Notes: generated by a model from the letters alone, not told the origin. A DNA stretch of 63,570 nt, filler included, from Craspedostauros australis (GCA_030167865.1; 13 parts of 13 records of this genome joined end to end with filler, not necessarily neighbours in it), one strand, 5' to 3'. Shown: positions 35,161 to 46,943, counted from the first letter of the whole stretch. Numbers and translations: made by a program.

Positions 35161-37009
35161 GCTTTCACTGTACTTCTTACCTCTTTACTAATCGTATTAA
35201 TCAAATACTGGTCGGAGATTGTCCTCGGACAACTCACNNNNNNNNNNNNNNNNNNNNNNNNNNNNNNNNNNNNNNNNNNNNTTAATTAATTAANNNNNNN
35301 NNNNNNNNNNNNNNNNNNNNNNNNNNNNNNNNNNNNNTGCTCGTACTCGCAGGTATCTTGCATCTCAACCGCTGGTGCGTGCTGCCGTTTCATCAGTGTT
35401 GCTGCATCATCTGCGACACTATCCGCGGTTCGTGTGCGTCTTGACGTCGGTTTTGCAAAATTACTGCATTCTCCGTTGTGCAGGTACGAGTCTGTGCATG
35501 TGCGTTGTCGATTCTTCCTCTTGCATTAGCCAGGCTTCCATCCCCCTTTCTTCATGATGTGCACGTACCTTTCGAGTTGTTTTGCTTCGTTGCGGCCTCA
35601 AAGGGGTTTGTCGTCTCCTTCCAACGCCTGCTGGTTGTTAGTTGATTGCTGAATGCTGATTGCTGATTGCTGGCGTTTCCAATCTGATGATTGAATTGTT
35701 TTGTGAGACTTTGGTGTCGATTTCGGAGACAACGAAGTGATTCCTGTGAATGTCGCGAGTGTGTTGTGTTCGATGCGCCATGAATGTGCGAGATGCAATG
35801 AGCCCGGTGGCGTGGGATGCGGCTGCAGCTACCGACACCACCATCAATGGCAGAGCATGTCGACCGCATTGGTGCATCACACTACATCACACTACATCAC
35901 ACTGCATCACACGCACATGTCAACATGAGCGATGCTTGTCTCTACTCCTCGGACGGGGAGCTGTCCACACACGAGGTTACGGTAATGCCTGCTGGTACCA
36001 AAACAGTCCACGATTTGCTCAGTGGTCGGTTGGCATTTGTTTGGAGGTTCGTTGTTTGTTTGGGGATTTTGGACAGTGCCTGGCGTTGCTGAACCTGCCG
36101 ACGTCATGGTTGGTTCCGGTCCTCGGCGCAGATCTTCGACCTGGAAGGTTGGTGCGAAAGCCGGCAGTGCGTTGTGGTGAATCGGCGCTGCGGGCTGGCA
36201 CAGCATGCACCCGCGCCCATACCTGTCATACAAAGAGGCGATCCTACCTGGCGATCCCCCCTGGCGATCCGCACAACACATCCCATGAAGAATCCATGAA
36301 TAACCAGAATGCAGTGGACAAGAACGAGAAGCGATGAAGGGGATGAGCGATGGGTGATAGGAGACCGTCGTCAATCGCCTATGCTTTTCCTCGCTGTGGG
36401 CATGTCTGAATGTTGCCAGCCTCATGGTCAGCGCCTTTTATGTTTGAGAAGACACCCAAGAGTTCTGTTCTTTCTCTTGCGGGCGGGTCCTTCCAACACT
36501 TAGACGGATTTCAAGTTCGCCTCAAGGCGTCCAAAAGGAAGTCCTTGCAACCAGCAGCAGGGCGATGCTGTTGCGACAAACCAAAGACAGAAGGCTTCCG
36601 CTTCTTCAATTTGACGCCAATGTTCGCTCACCACACGTCCAACATAATGGAGTCCTCGTGGAGACTTCGTTGATGCAGAAGCTCTGAGTGTTGCCAACAC
36701 AGGGTGAAGCAGAGGATTGGCCAGCTGGTTGGTGCTTGTTGGTATCCAGAGATTGCACGCTTCGTTTTGGGTGATGGATCTTTTGATGGGAGTGTGGATG
36801 TGTGCGATCTCTTGTGCAGAGTCATAATTCGCTACGAGTCGACGCCGAAACGTGCTTCTCGTTAAATCTCTCCCAATAGAGACTTGCGGAAGCCCAAGAG
36901 CAGTTTCCCAAAATGACACGCACTGTGACTATCAATAACGTCTAGCACGAACGTCCTGAAAGATGACCAATGGCATCAATCGTGACCTGCAATGTGGATC
37001 AAGGTGGTA

Positions 37010-38469
37010 GTCGAAGTTCCTCTAAAGAACAGACTACTTCCACTTAGTGTGTCCAGTGTCGCACCATGAAATTGCTTTTTGCGCGTCAATTATGGCGCGA
37101 AACCCTTCACCTACAAATACGTAAATACCCCTTTTACCGCCGTCTCCCACTCTCATTCATGAATTATTGCGGACTCAAATCCCACTTAATTCACTGAATT
37201 CAATGCACTCCAGGAACTATATGCTCCTCTGAACCCTTGTGTTACAGCTAATCTCGATTCCATTGTCAGCCATACCAGCTAACAACTCCACATGACGACG
37301 ACAAGGAGATCCACCCTGCTTCAACACAAGCAGGGAATCCAACTACAATTCCCGTTGCTTGACAACCTGTGTTCTCAACTACAACCTCAATCAAGATGTC
37401 AAGACTTTGTACTTGAATGTAGAACAACTATGACAGATAGTGGAGAAAGAGAGAGAGAGAGAGAGAGAGGGCTTGTCCGTTCTCAGCACTGAACCTCTGA
37501 TGGTCAGTGCAGAGCCGCACTATCCAATTGAACATCGTTTCTTCATCCTACATCTCAAACTGATCGACTCACAATGCAGACTATTCAATAGAACAAATAG
37601 CACAACTCAAGATCAGCACAACCATTCTAATCTACTCATTGTCACCTACAACTATTGTTGGCAAGTTCCGTGATTGGAAGCCTACGATCGTGGAAGACGG
37701 TGTTGGTTGATAGTCGTTCTGTTTGCTATTTCAGTAGTTGAGCACTCTGATCCTCTCGGTGTCCGTTCTCTTGCCCAATGCTCTCAGCACGTTTGTCTGT
37801 TTCGTAGATTGGGTCTCTGACTATGAGTCTGTACGTGAGATGCTCTCTCGCTGCTATCGTATTCTCTCTCTCTCTCTCTCTCTCTCTCAATATTTTGTGT
37901 TCATGTTACACGATACTCCGTGTTCGATGCATACTCCACACTCGACACTTCGTTTGTTCACTGCTGGTCCCTACTCCACGATTACTCACCACTTGAACTC
38001 CTCTTCATGTATCCATGATCTTGATGCCCTTCGGTCATCAAATCTTTACCTTCTGCTCCTGACATGGAGACAGATGTCGACGTGGTGACACGATGACATC
38101 CTGTCAACGTCAGTAGGCGTCCTTCTGCTCTCCAGATGTCATGTTCCATCGATGATGCAATGGTCTGTCAGACGATATCGTCATCTGGGGTTTAGTTGGG
38201 AGGTACCTCGAGCTTCGCTCGATACCATACGTTTCCATTGATGGATGGACGGACGATGTTCTAATTCTCTCAGAAATCGTCGATTGAAAATTTCCTCCAG
38301 AAATTCTGTTCATTTTTGTGTGTTCCATTTCCACTGTAGTTCTGACGAATCACAGCATACTATCGACACGAATGTAGTTTTACCGTCCAAGTGCGTATGA
38401 GAGAATAACAGGTGAACAATGCACATATACACGTACATCTCAACATATACTCACATGTACATCTCGACA
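37010..38469. repeat. TTTCGCGCC-type repeat (37010-37655) plus full LTR-like unit (37656-38469, TGTTGGC...CTCGACA)
   Basis: Homologous to 22376-23853 and 29870-30520. TG...CA ends; no TSD found. Confidence 0.72.
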
Positions 38470-38608
38470 GCTCTGAGCGGAATGCGGAATTCCTGTAACA
38501 TCTGTGACGTCTGGCCTATGTGATCTTGTTTGCTATTCTGATGTTCTGTCCCACTATACTATACTCCACTGCACTCCAGTCTACTCCACTCGACACCACA
38601 TTCATCAT

Positions 38609-39745
38609 TCAACGCTCATCCGCCAACGGGTAGCACGTGCGACAGTGCGCTCGCGCGAATTCCGCATCGACCGTTTGGGATTCGACCTCGCGCCGTGACC
38701 AGTGTGGCCCATCCGAACATCCACGCACAAAGTCGGGCCGCACCACCTTGTACTTGTCAACGAGCCACGCATCGTCATCGATACGGATCACGATGCCTTC
38801 CACAGTGCCGCCGTCCGTTCGAAATTGGGATGCAGTCTGCAGTAATTGCAGTAACTGTTCGTGCGCATTGCACAATCGCCCGCGCCACATGATGGGCGGC
38901 ACCGGAATCTGCGTGCCTTGCAGCAACGTGTGAAATGTGCGACGCGAGACGAATTTCCGTGCCACCGTGTCATACAAATCGAATGCCACGAACCATCCCG
39001 GCAACGTCTTGTACGCTAACGAATGCCGCGCCGCCATCCATTCGCCGTACAGAATACAGTGGCCGTCGCCCAGAATGCGAAATAGCGCTTCCCGATGCAA
39101 GGCCAGCCATTGCGTCAATCGCGAATATTGTGCATGTTCGCCGTGCGTGATGTAATGACCGCGATTTTGGACGTAAATCTTGTGCGAGTAGGGACATATG
39201 CGGATGCCCAAATTGGAGCCGTCGATCTTCTCCTCGATGATGACGTCGCCGGCCGACGCCAGAACAGGTGCCATATCACTGAGCACGAGATCGTCGCGCG
39301 TCGTGGCCGTGCCGCCCGTATCGAAGAGGTGCGTCGTGCGCGGGTATTTGAGCAGCGGCGGGATGGGAATTTGCGATGGATGATGTTCATAGCAGATCTT
39401 GAGCAGATCGTGCGCCGCCTTGGTTTCGCGTGATTGCAACGTCGACGCGCGTTGCAGATGCGGGATGGCATCGAGGGTGCGGTGCATATGGAAGTACGCG
39501 CAGCCGATGAATGCGTGCAGCGATGCGGCGTGTTGCGATTGCGTCGATGATGTGTCAGCTTGCAGCGTCGTGAGCGCATGATGCAACAGTTCGGGGAACG
39601 CTCGTTTGCGTCCCAGCTGTCTGCATTGGCGCAGGGCGACGGTGATCGCGTCGTCTGCATCTGTTGGTGGTGTCTGTGGCGTTGTCGTTGCGATATCAGG
39701 ATCGTCGCACGTCGCGGCTTCCGAAACGACTGATGGGCCCGACAT
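38609..39745 (-). CDS. ATP-dependent RNA ligase (Rnl2-like, PF09414-type) with N-terminal TPR
   Basis: KYPRTTHL; motif I EEKIDGSNLG; Ia QNR; III LYGEW; IIIa FVAFDLYD; IV EGIVIR; V KYKVVRPDF. TPR-like segment LHAFIGCAYFHMHRTLDAIPHLQRA. Confidence 0.88.
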   Translation of the reverse strand: MSGPSVVSEAATCDDPDIATTTPQTPPTDADDAITVALRQCRQLGRKRAFPELLHHALTTLQADTSSTQSQHAASLHAFIGCAYFHMHRTLDAIPHLQRASTLQSRETKAAHDLLKICYEHHPSQIPIPPLLKYPRTTHLFDTGGTATTRDDLVLSDMAPVLASAGDVIIEEKIDGSNLGIRICPYSHKIYVQNRGHYITHGEHAQYSRLTQWLALHREALFRILGDGHCILYGEWMAARHSLAYKTLPGWFVAFDLYDTVARKFVSRRTFHTLLQGTQIPVPPIMWRGRLCNAHEQLLQLLQTASQFRTDGGTVEGIVIRIDDDAWLVDKYKVVRPDFVRGCSDGPHWSRREVESQTVDAEFARAHCRTCYPLADER

Positions 39746-40443
39746 GTGATGCTCTCGACTTCTTGAATTGTTGGTGTCTCTTGTGTCTGTGTCCTGATGC
39801 CAATGTATGATGATGTTCTATTCTATTATATGATGTTGCATTATAGAATATGAGACGCATGTGTGCAGACAACGATCCCGAAAGCACAAACCATCATCTT
39901 GGTTGATGCTCATTCATGTTGTGTTGTTTTGTTTTGTGTTGATGGGTGCTCAGTCGTGCACAAGAGTTTCCCGCACGACTGAATCGATAGATCGTGTGTG
40001 CGATGACGTCGCGTTTCAATCGTGTATTGATCAATGATTCGATTTCTCCAAACGTGTACGTTCCATTCGATTCGCTGGAACAAAGCCATCACGACAAAAT
40101 GGCACGATGATTGGTCGCTCACGCTGACGACCACATCATGCGGAGATGAGGGCGCAGCGAGTAGTCGCACGCGCAGTCGTATCCAAGGAGAGGGATGCGA
40201 TGGTCATGCGATGCCAACCACATCCACAGCCTCAATCTCCATCGACATCCAAGAACAGGTCATAAACAAGAGTCAGCAGCCAAACAACAACGACCAGGAA
40301 GCAAGAAGTAAGCAAGAAGTAAGCAAGAAGTAAGCAAGCACCATACCTACCAACAGCCACTCGATCAAGACCACCCAGCAAACCAACACCATCATACCGC
40401 ACACACAGAGTCCAATCAAGAGAGAAGAAGAGAGAGAGAAGCC

Positions 40444-43212
40444 ATGGGGGAAGATTCAGCCCCCACACCATCCACGTTGACGCCCAGTCAGGCTGTCACT
40501 TCTTCAACTGGGAACAGCAGCAACTCCAATGGCAACTCCAATGGCAACAATGGCAACAATGGCAATCAGCGTCGCAACAACAACAATAGCCGACGCAGGA
40601 ATCGAAACAGGCGGAACAACAACAACAACGGCAACAACGGTAATATCAACAACAATACGACAAGCACAGAGTCCCAGGAAAGCAACAATGGCAACAATGG
40701 CAACCAGAATTCCAGTGATGCTCAGTCACAGGAAGTGGACAATGACGCCAGGAAAGCGAAGAACAATCGCAATCGAGGACGACGCAATCGTCGTGGAGCC
40801 AACAATCAAGATGGCAATGATAACAATGATAACAACACCAACAACAACAGCAACAACAGCAACAACAACAACAACAATAACAACAATCGAAAGAAAAAGA
40901 ACAAAAACAAGAAGAAAAAGCCAAGAGGTGACCCCAACAAGCTGTATCCCTGGCGCAAGCTCATTCCAGAAGGCACGGTGGATCCCATCACCCTCGAGGA
41001 GCTCGATACGATGACCTATCCACCCTTTGCTCTCGTTGCATCAGCACCCTACGATCCCGTTCCGGAATGGCCCATTCCTGACATTGATCAATCCGACGTG
41101 CAGCCTGCTGCCAGCAAGGCCGAGCCCACCATGACGCAAGAGGAATTGGATGCGTTGAATCAACAGCGATTGATGGAGCAATGGGCCGGAACCAAGGTCG
41201 CCGCCACTCCCAACGAAAATGACGACAATAACATTGACGACAACGAGGAAGCCAACCTCCCGCTCAGCAAACGTTCCGTCAACCTCTATGACGGCCGCGC
41301 CCTCGCCATCTACCTCGTCTCGCAGCTCCAATTCATCGACCCCCTCAATCGACGCGATCTCAATCGTGACGAGATCCGCAACCTCGATGCCTACCTGCGT
41401 CGTCATGGTCTGTCCGATGCCGCCTCCGTCACGGAAGCCTACGATGCCAAAGGCGTCACGCTCAGTACGGCCGGTGCAGCGGCTGCCACGGCGCAAGGAC
41501 GTGCCGAGTTGTTGCAGCAGACGGCGCAGACGTTGCTCAATTCCCTCTTCAGTGGTTCCGGCGTGTCTGACGCAACGCAGCCCACCATGAATGCTCTGCA
41601 AGCGCAGTATGCGGCCATGCAACAGCAAGAGACTCAGTCGCCGCGGCGGCAACCACAGCGGCAGGATCCATCCGATGGCGGCGGCGTCTTCGCATCGGAC
41701 GATGGCGGTCTCATGATCATTGACGATAACGAAAATCCCAACATGCGTGGTGGTGCTGCGTCCTTTCCTGCACCGTCGCCACTTACCTTGAATCCCAACG
41801 CCGCCACGTTCCGTCCGCCGGGCAGTCTCACGTATTCTGCCAGCCACATCCGATCGCGGTACGGATCCGGCATCGTGCCATCGTCCATTGCCGCCGCGAG
41901 CTTTCCGGCCTTGCAGGCGTCGGCTCCACCGCGCGCTGCTTCACCTCCCGCCGTTGCCGTCAACACCAAGAAGGCACCGCCATCCAGCGGCAAACCATCC
42001 AAGACGTTGTCGCGCATCACGGGCGCCGTGCGCAAGACGAAACCGCAAGAACAGCGACGGCAGTGGGAGGCACGTGAAGCGGCACGGCGCAAGGCCATGA
42101 TGACCAACTTGAGCTTCGGTGTCGACGCACCGGCCGCCATCGTGGCTGCGAATGAGCAGCAGCAGCTGGCCTCGAGCGCGTCCCTCATGACGGCACCGCA
42201 GGCCGTCACACCATCCGACGACAAATTGCAACGCAACCGCAATCTGGCCGAAGCCTTGGGCGTGCAACCCGCCACGATGCGCCAGCAGAATCTCAACGCC
42301 GGTTGGGCCCGCACGGCCGGTGCCGACGGACGCATCGCGTTGGATGAATTCGGCAACGAACTCAATGCCGCCATCTATCCGCAGGCTCTCATCATGTCCG
42401 CCATCGATCGCATGCCGCTGTTGTTGAAGATCGAAAAGAAGTGGAAGACCTTCCTGGCCGACGACAAGGCAGCCAGCGTGCCCCTCAGCTACATGGACCG
42501 CAAAGCGCGAACCTTCACGCATCAGTACTCCGACTTTTGGAGGCTGCATACGGAATCCTTCGACGCCGAACCCAAACGGTACATCCATTGCGTCAAATTG
42601 GCCGAGACGTGTACGCCGCAACCGCTGTTGTCGTACGTGGCGCGCACATGGCGGCCCGGTGTCACGCCGACGCTCGAATCGGTCGCGGCTGCCAAGGCCT
42701 TCAAGGAACAGGCGTTAGATCATACGTCGCAGCAGACGGCGGGGCAATCCACGACGTCGCAGAGCAAACCGGCGCGCGTTGCCGAAGTCTCTATCGGTGT
42801 CGATTTGGCCAACGTCTCCATCGCGGAGACACCGCCGACCGTCATCGTGCCGCCCACGCACGAAGCCCTGGGCGGACGATTCGATGTGGATGCCGCCGAA
42901 CGTCCCAAATTGGAATTGGCCAAACGCACGATTCCCCTCGAACTGCCACCAGCCGACGATGAGGAGGATCCAGCTTACAGCATTGAGACGATTCGCAAGG
43001 AACGCATGGCCAAGCAATCGAAGAAGAATCAACGCGCGCAGATCAAGGCGGCGCAGAAGCAACGCGCCTTGCATGACGCGTTCGCCAGCGATAGCGACAA
43101 CGAAAAGGACAGTGACGTACCCCTCAAAACGGCCGGCGACGACGACAGTGACTGGGGCGACGCCGATGACGCATTCGAAGATGCTGATGATGCTTTCGTA
43201 ACAACCTTTTAG
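40444..43212 (+). CDS. 922-aa protein: N/R-rich disordered N-terminus, U-box/RING-like region, PAM2 motif, NFX1-type R3H-like domain
   Basis: DPITLEEL...YDGRALAIYL..FIDPLNRRDL; LTLNPNAATFRP; SFPAL; MDRKARTFTHQYSDFWRLHTESFDAEPKRYI. Confidence 0.7.
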   Translation: MGEDSAPTPSTLTPSQAVTSSTGNSSNSNGNSNGNNGNNGNQRRNNNNSRRRNRNRRNNNNNGNNGNINNNTTSTESQESNNGNNGNQNSSDAQSQEVDNDARKAKNNRNRGRRNRRGANNQDGNDNNDNNTNNNSNNSNNNNNNNNNRKKKNKNKKKKPRGDPNKLYPWRKLIPEGTVDPITLEELDTMTYPPFALVASAPYDPVPEWPIPDIDQSDVQPAASKAEPTMTQEELDALNQQRLMEQWAGTKVAATPNENDDNNIDDNEEANLPLSKRSVNLYDGRALAIYLVSQLQFIDPLNRRDLNRDEIRNLDAYLRRHGLSDAASVTEAYDAKGVTLSTAGAAAATAQGRAELLQQTAQTLLNSLFSGSGVSDATQPTMNALQAQYAAMQQQETQSPRRQPQRQDPSDGGGVFASDDGGLMIIDDNENPNMRGGAASFPAPSPLTLNPNAATFRPPGSLTYSASHIRSRYGSGIVPSSIAAASFPALQASAPPRAASPPAVAVNTKKAPPSSGKPSKTLSRITGAVRKTKPQEQRRQWEAREAARRKAMMTNLSFGVDAPAAIVAANEQQQLASSASLMTAPQAVTPSDDKLQRNRNLAEALGVQPATMRQQNLNAGWARTAGADGRIALDEFGNELNAAIYPQALIMSAIDRMPLLLKIEKKWKTFLADDKAASVPLSYMDRKARTFTHQYSDFWRLHTESFDAEPKRYIHCVKLAETCTPQPLLSYVARTWRPGVTPTLESVAAAKAFKEQALDHTSQQTAGQSTTSQSKPARVAEVSIGVDLANVSIAETPPTVIVPPTHEALGGRFDVDAAERPKLELAKRTIPLELPPADDEEDPAYSIETIRKERMAKQSKKNQRAQIKAAQKQRALHDAFASDSDNEKDSDVPLKTAGDDDSDWGDADDAFEDADDAFVTTF

Positions 43213-44393
43213 AACACGCTTAGAGTTGAACACAACGAGTCCACGCAAGAGCTTTCCACGATGAATTGCGTCCAATTCCAGGACAGATGAATGTAGTAGT
43301 TGGCCATGCCCCACGTATGCTGCTGCTTCAAATAAGCATGATCCGATGCGAAGACGTTCTCCTTGGATTTGCCACCCCCGTTGAAATGCAGCATCGCGAC
43401 ACCATCGGGTCGGCTCTGTTGCAACGGCGCGTTCCACAATTTGGCCAACGATACGTCGTAGGCGAGTGGCAAGGCGCCCACCATGGTCGGATGCTGATGT
43501 TGATACAGCCGCAGCAACAATTGATCGTTGGGCACGTTGTCCAACCGATCGGACCACCGCGCCAGAGGACGTTGCGCCAAGATCGATTGCCAAAAGTCGG
43601 ACAGTCGCGACGGAGTCAGGATCAGAAAGCCGGAACATTGAATTTCAGGACCCCACGCAAAGACGTGCTGATCTGTCGTGGAGATATATTGCCACAACCG
43701 ATCCAACGGCGCCGTCACGACGACGTCCGTGTCCAGGTACAAGACAGATGGCGCTTGCAGGACTTCATGACAGAACAACCGAAAGTACGAGCCCATCGTA
43801 TGACCCAGCACGACCTGCTTCGGCACATCGGGAAAGACATTCTGCAACAGAAAGGCACGCCATGTGGCAACGTGCGGTTGAACGTTGTGCAATCGAATCG
43901 AGATGGCGGGCCGCGTGCGCCATGTTTTGAACTGCTGCAGGAATGGCTGAATCCTATCGCAGGCCTGTTGCGTTGCCATGATGTGAATGACCAATGGCGC
44001 ATGGACGGGCGCATTGAGCAGGACGCTCTTGAAGGAGATGTGGAATTCGGCGAAGAAGCCGTCGTGTTTGCCGGCGAGGCCGTATAAGACGTGGACGGTA
44101 GTCGGGGTGTCCGTCTGATTGGTCGTAGCCGTGATGGATCGATGGCTGATGGTGGTCTCGCTGCTGATGGGCTGATTGATGGGCTGATCGATGGAGGGAT
44201 GATTGGCGGGATCGGCACTCATACTAATACCGTGGCCAACTTCACGTGAGAGCAGGATAAAGTTGAAGGCGACGGAAAGGCAAAGGACTGCCCATCGAAG
44301 GATGCTGATCCCGCTGACATTCCTGCAGACAGAGAACCTTCTCGTCCTCCCACTGTCCCTCCCATCGTTCATTGCATGGGTATTCTTCATCAT
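43209..44393 (-). CDS. Type II membrane glycosyltransferase, family GT8-like
   Basis: N-terminal TM, YFRLF..VL, VLYLDTDVVV (DxD), CSGFLIL, NDQLLL, LHFNGG. Confidence 0.85.
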   Translation of the reverse strand: MMKNTHAMNDGRDSGRTRRFSVCRNVSGISILRWAVLCLSVAFNFILLSREVGHGISMSADPANHPSIDQPINQPISSETTISHRSITATTNQTDTPTTVHVLYGLAGKHDGFFAEFHISFKSVLLNAPVHAPLVIHIMATQQACDRIQPFLQQFKTWRTRPAISIRLHNVQPHVATWRAFLLQNVFPDVPKQVVLGHTMGSYFRLFCHEVLQAPSVLYLDTDVVVTAPLDRLWQYISTTDQHVFAWGPEIQCSGFLILTPSRLSDFWQSILAQRPLARWSDRLDNVPNDQLLLRLYQHQHPTMVGALPLAYDVSLAKLWNAPLQQSRPDGVAMLHFNGGGKSKENVFASDHAYLKQQHTWGMANYYIHLSWNWTQFIVESSCVDSLCSTLSVF

Positions 44394-45152
44394 CCTCGAT
44401 GGATCAGCCTCAATGGATCAATCTGAATGGATCAGCCTCAATGGATCACGCTTGATGATGAAGACGCACCACGAGATCACTGCGCCGGCTCCTTGACATC
44501 GTGATGGCAGCCCCGTCGCCTTCCTGAATTGCTCCTCTATAGGCAATGTACGACCTATGGATCTCAGCAAAGGTGTTGCACTGGGAATTGGAGCGCAAGT
44601 GTGGCAACATCACATCACATCACATCACATCATGATCGGTCGATGGGTCATTTCGAGTTTGAGTATTTTTCAACCGCGTAATCGAGCGGTTATTGAAACG
44701 GTTAATTAACGTTACCTCATTATCGTGTTTCCACAACAACAGAACAAACGAGAACCATTCATGGCGCAAAAACAACACACCAAAGTCGAAAGCGCAGACA
44801 ACCGAACAACGACGATGACGATGATGACGATGATGACGACGATCGATGCGTCTCTCAGCGCCCACGCCATCTGTTGACAACGTGGTTTCCAGAACATACA
44901 GCCAGAAAACCAAACAGAACAAGCACTGCTCCATGACATTCAACGACAACGACCTCGAGTGTGGTGCAGCGAAAAGGAGCGGCTGAGCGGCACACGAGTG
45001 AATCGAAAGGCATCTGACTCCGAACAGCAGCTCCCATTGTAGCGATATTCCATTGCAGATCCTGTCCGGTCCACAAGTATTATGCGAGTATTCTGAGATA
45101 CGATTAGTAGGTCGAATACGAGTAACCAAGGGGATTGATAGTCATACACACC

Positions 45153-46943
45153 ATGGGGCATGTTGGCGGCGAAACCACTCGACTTCTTTCACCGCAGACA
45201 CATGCGAAGTCGTGCACAAATCAGAAATATCAATCATCGAATTCTGTGCTAGCAGCATCAACAACACCATCAACAGCAACGCTTGTGGCAACGTCTTCGC
45301 CATCCCATAGTCGCACAGCAACGATGGGTTCCTCACCAGCGCCAGAATCAGCGCCATCACCCAACATGCCCGTCAACATTGATCAATGTGAATTGGGACT
45401 TGTGCACAATGGCGAACTTGGAAAACCTGCAGAATCGTCTGCATCGCCAGCACTGCCATCATCACCATTGCAATTCAGCGATGACAGCGACAGCGGCGAC
45501 ATCGAAAGCGATATGAACATCGCCGCATCGACCGGCTACGAAAAACTCGGAGTGCTGCCATTCGCCGTCATCATCTTCTACAGCGTCTCGGGCGGACCGT
45601 TCGGCATCGAATCCGCCGTGCGCTCCGGCGGCTACCTGCCGGCCATCCTGGGCTTTGCAATCCTGCCATTCGTCTGGTCCATCCCGGAGGCGCTCATGAC
45701 GTCCGAATTGGGCACGGCCCTGCCCGAGGCGTCGGCTGGCGTGGCGTGGGTCGAGACTGCCTTTGGTCCCAACTGGGCATTCCTTGCCGGATATCTGTCG
45801 TGGATATCGGGCGCGACCGACAATGCCATCTATCCCGTCCTGTTTTTGGAGTATCTGCTGCAGGCCTTCTTTGCCAGCGACGCGGACGATGCGACCGACC
45901 TCATCAATCCCTTCCTTCGATTTGGTCTCATCGCCGCGATCTCCATCAGTCTGGGATACATCAATTGGTTGGGATTGCCGACGGTGGGACACATGTCCAT
46001 CTCCATCTGCATTGTTGCCATGAGTCCCTTCATCATCCTCACGCTCGTCGGTATGTTCGACGTCGATCCGCAGCGATGGCTCGAAATGCCGAGCGACAGT
46101 TCCACTGACCTCACATTGGATGACGACGGCAGCATCGAGGGCGGCCTCCTGTCCGGATCCATGTGGGGCGGCATCCTCTGGCGACCCTTCCTCAACAACC
46201 TGTTCTGGAACCTCAATTCCTTCGACTCCGCTGGAAGCTTCGTGGAGGACATCAAGGATCCGCCGCGCGTCTTGCCGCGATCCATGATGTGGAGCGTGCT
46301 GGCCGTGGTGCTGGGTTACCTCATCCCCCTCCTCGTGGCCATCGGCGCGTCGGACGCATCCGTCGAACCTTCCAACTGGGTCGATGGCTACTTGGCGCGC
46401 GTCACAACGGACGTCGTGGGACCGTGGCTCGGCGCGTGGACCGTCTTGGCGGCGGGCATCAGCAACATCGGCCTCTTCCAGGCTGAACTCAGCGCCGACG
46501 CGCTGCAGCTCATGGGCATGGCCGACAAGGGATACGTGCCCAAGGTCTTTGCCCAACGCAGCAAGCACGGCACGCCGACGTACGGCATCGGTCTGGGCGT
46601 CGCCATCATCATTGTCCTCGGCATCTCCAATCTCGACGAACTCATCGAGATGCTCAATTTCAATTACTCCCTCTCCTTGCTGCTGGAGTACGCGGCCTTC
46701 CTGTATCTGCGAATCTATCGACCCGATCTGCACCGGCCCTACCGCATACCATTGAGCACCGCCGGCTGCTTCGTCCTCATGACGCCCACCATCCTGCTGA
46801 CCGTCTTCATGATCGCGCTGGCGTCCTACAAGACGTTATTCTTTGCCGGCGTCGTCAGTTTGATCGGCGTTGGTTTGTATCAGTACAAGCATGTCTACGA
46901 ACGAGTAAGTGCGGCCGATGACAGTGGCCATGACGACCAGTGA
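45153..46943 (+). CDS. APC-superfamily polyamine/amino-acid permease (PUT/LAT-like)
   Basis: IFYSVSGGPFGIE, WSIPEALMTSELGT.LP, DNAIYPVLF, LFWNLN..DS, SNIGLFQAELS, RPYRIP; about 12 TM segments. Confidence 0.92.
   Translation: MGHVGGETTRLLSPQTHAKSCTNQKYQSSNSVLAASTTPSTATLVATSSPSHSRTATMGSSPAPESAPSPNMPVNIDQCELGLVHNGELGKPAESSASPALPSSPLQFSDDSDSGDIESDMNIAASTGYEKLGVLPFAVIIFYSVSGGPFGIESAVRSGGYLPAILGFAILPFVWSIPEALMTSELGTALPEASAGVAWVETAFGPNWAFLAGYLSWISGATDNAIYPVLFLEYLLQAFFASDADDATDLINPFLRFGLIAAISISLGYINWLGLPTVGHMSISICIVAMSPFIILTLVGMFDVDPQRWLEMPSDSSTDLTLDDDGSIEGGLLSGSMWGGILWRPFLNNLFWNLNSFDSAGSFVEDIKDPPRVLPRSMMWSVLAVVLGYLIPLLVAIGASDASVEPSNWVDGYLARVTTDVVGPWLGAWTVLAAGISNIGLFQAELSADALQLMGMADKGYVPKVFAQRSKHGTPTYGIGLGVAIIIVLGISNLDELIEMLNFNYSLSLLLEYAAFLYLRIYRPDLHRPYRIPLSTAGCFVLMTPTILLTVFMIALASYKTLFFAGVVSLIGVGLYQYKHVYERVSAADDSGHDDQ

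Noticed and set aside
35338..37000. Overlapping mid-size ORFs
   Set aside because: No domain signature or consistent splice model could be supported.
41041..46733. Long antisense ORFs (e.g. 45462-46733, 42715-43638, 43266-44087)
   Set aside because: Expected antisense open frames of GC3-rich genes.
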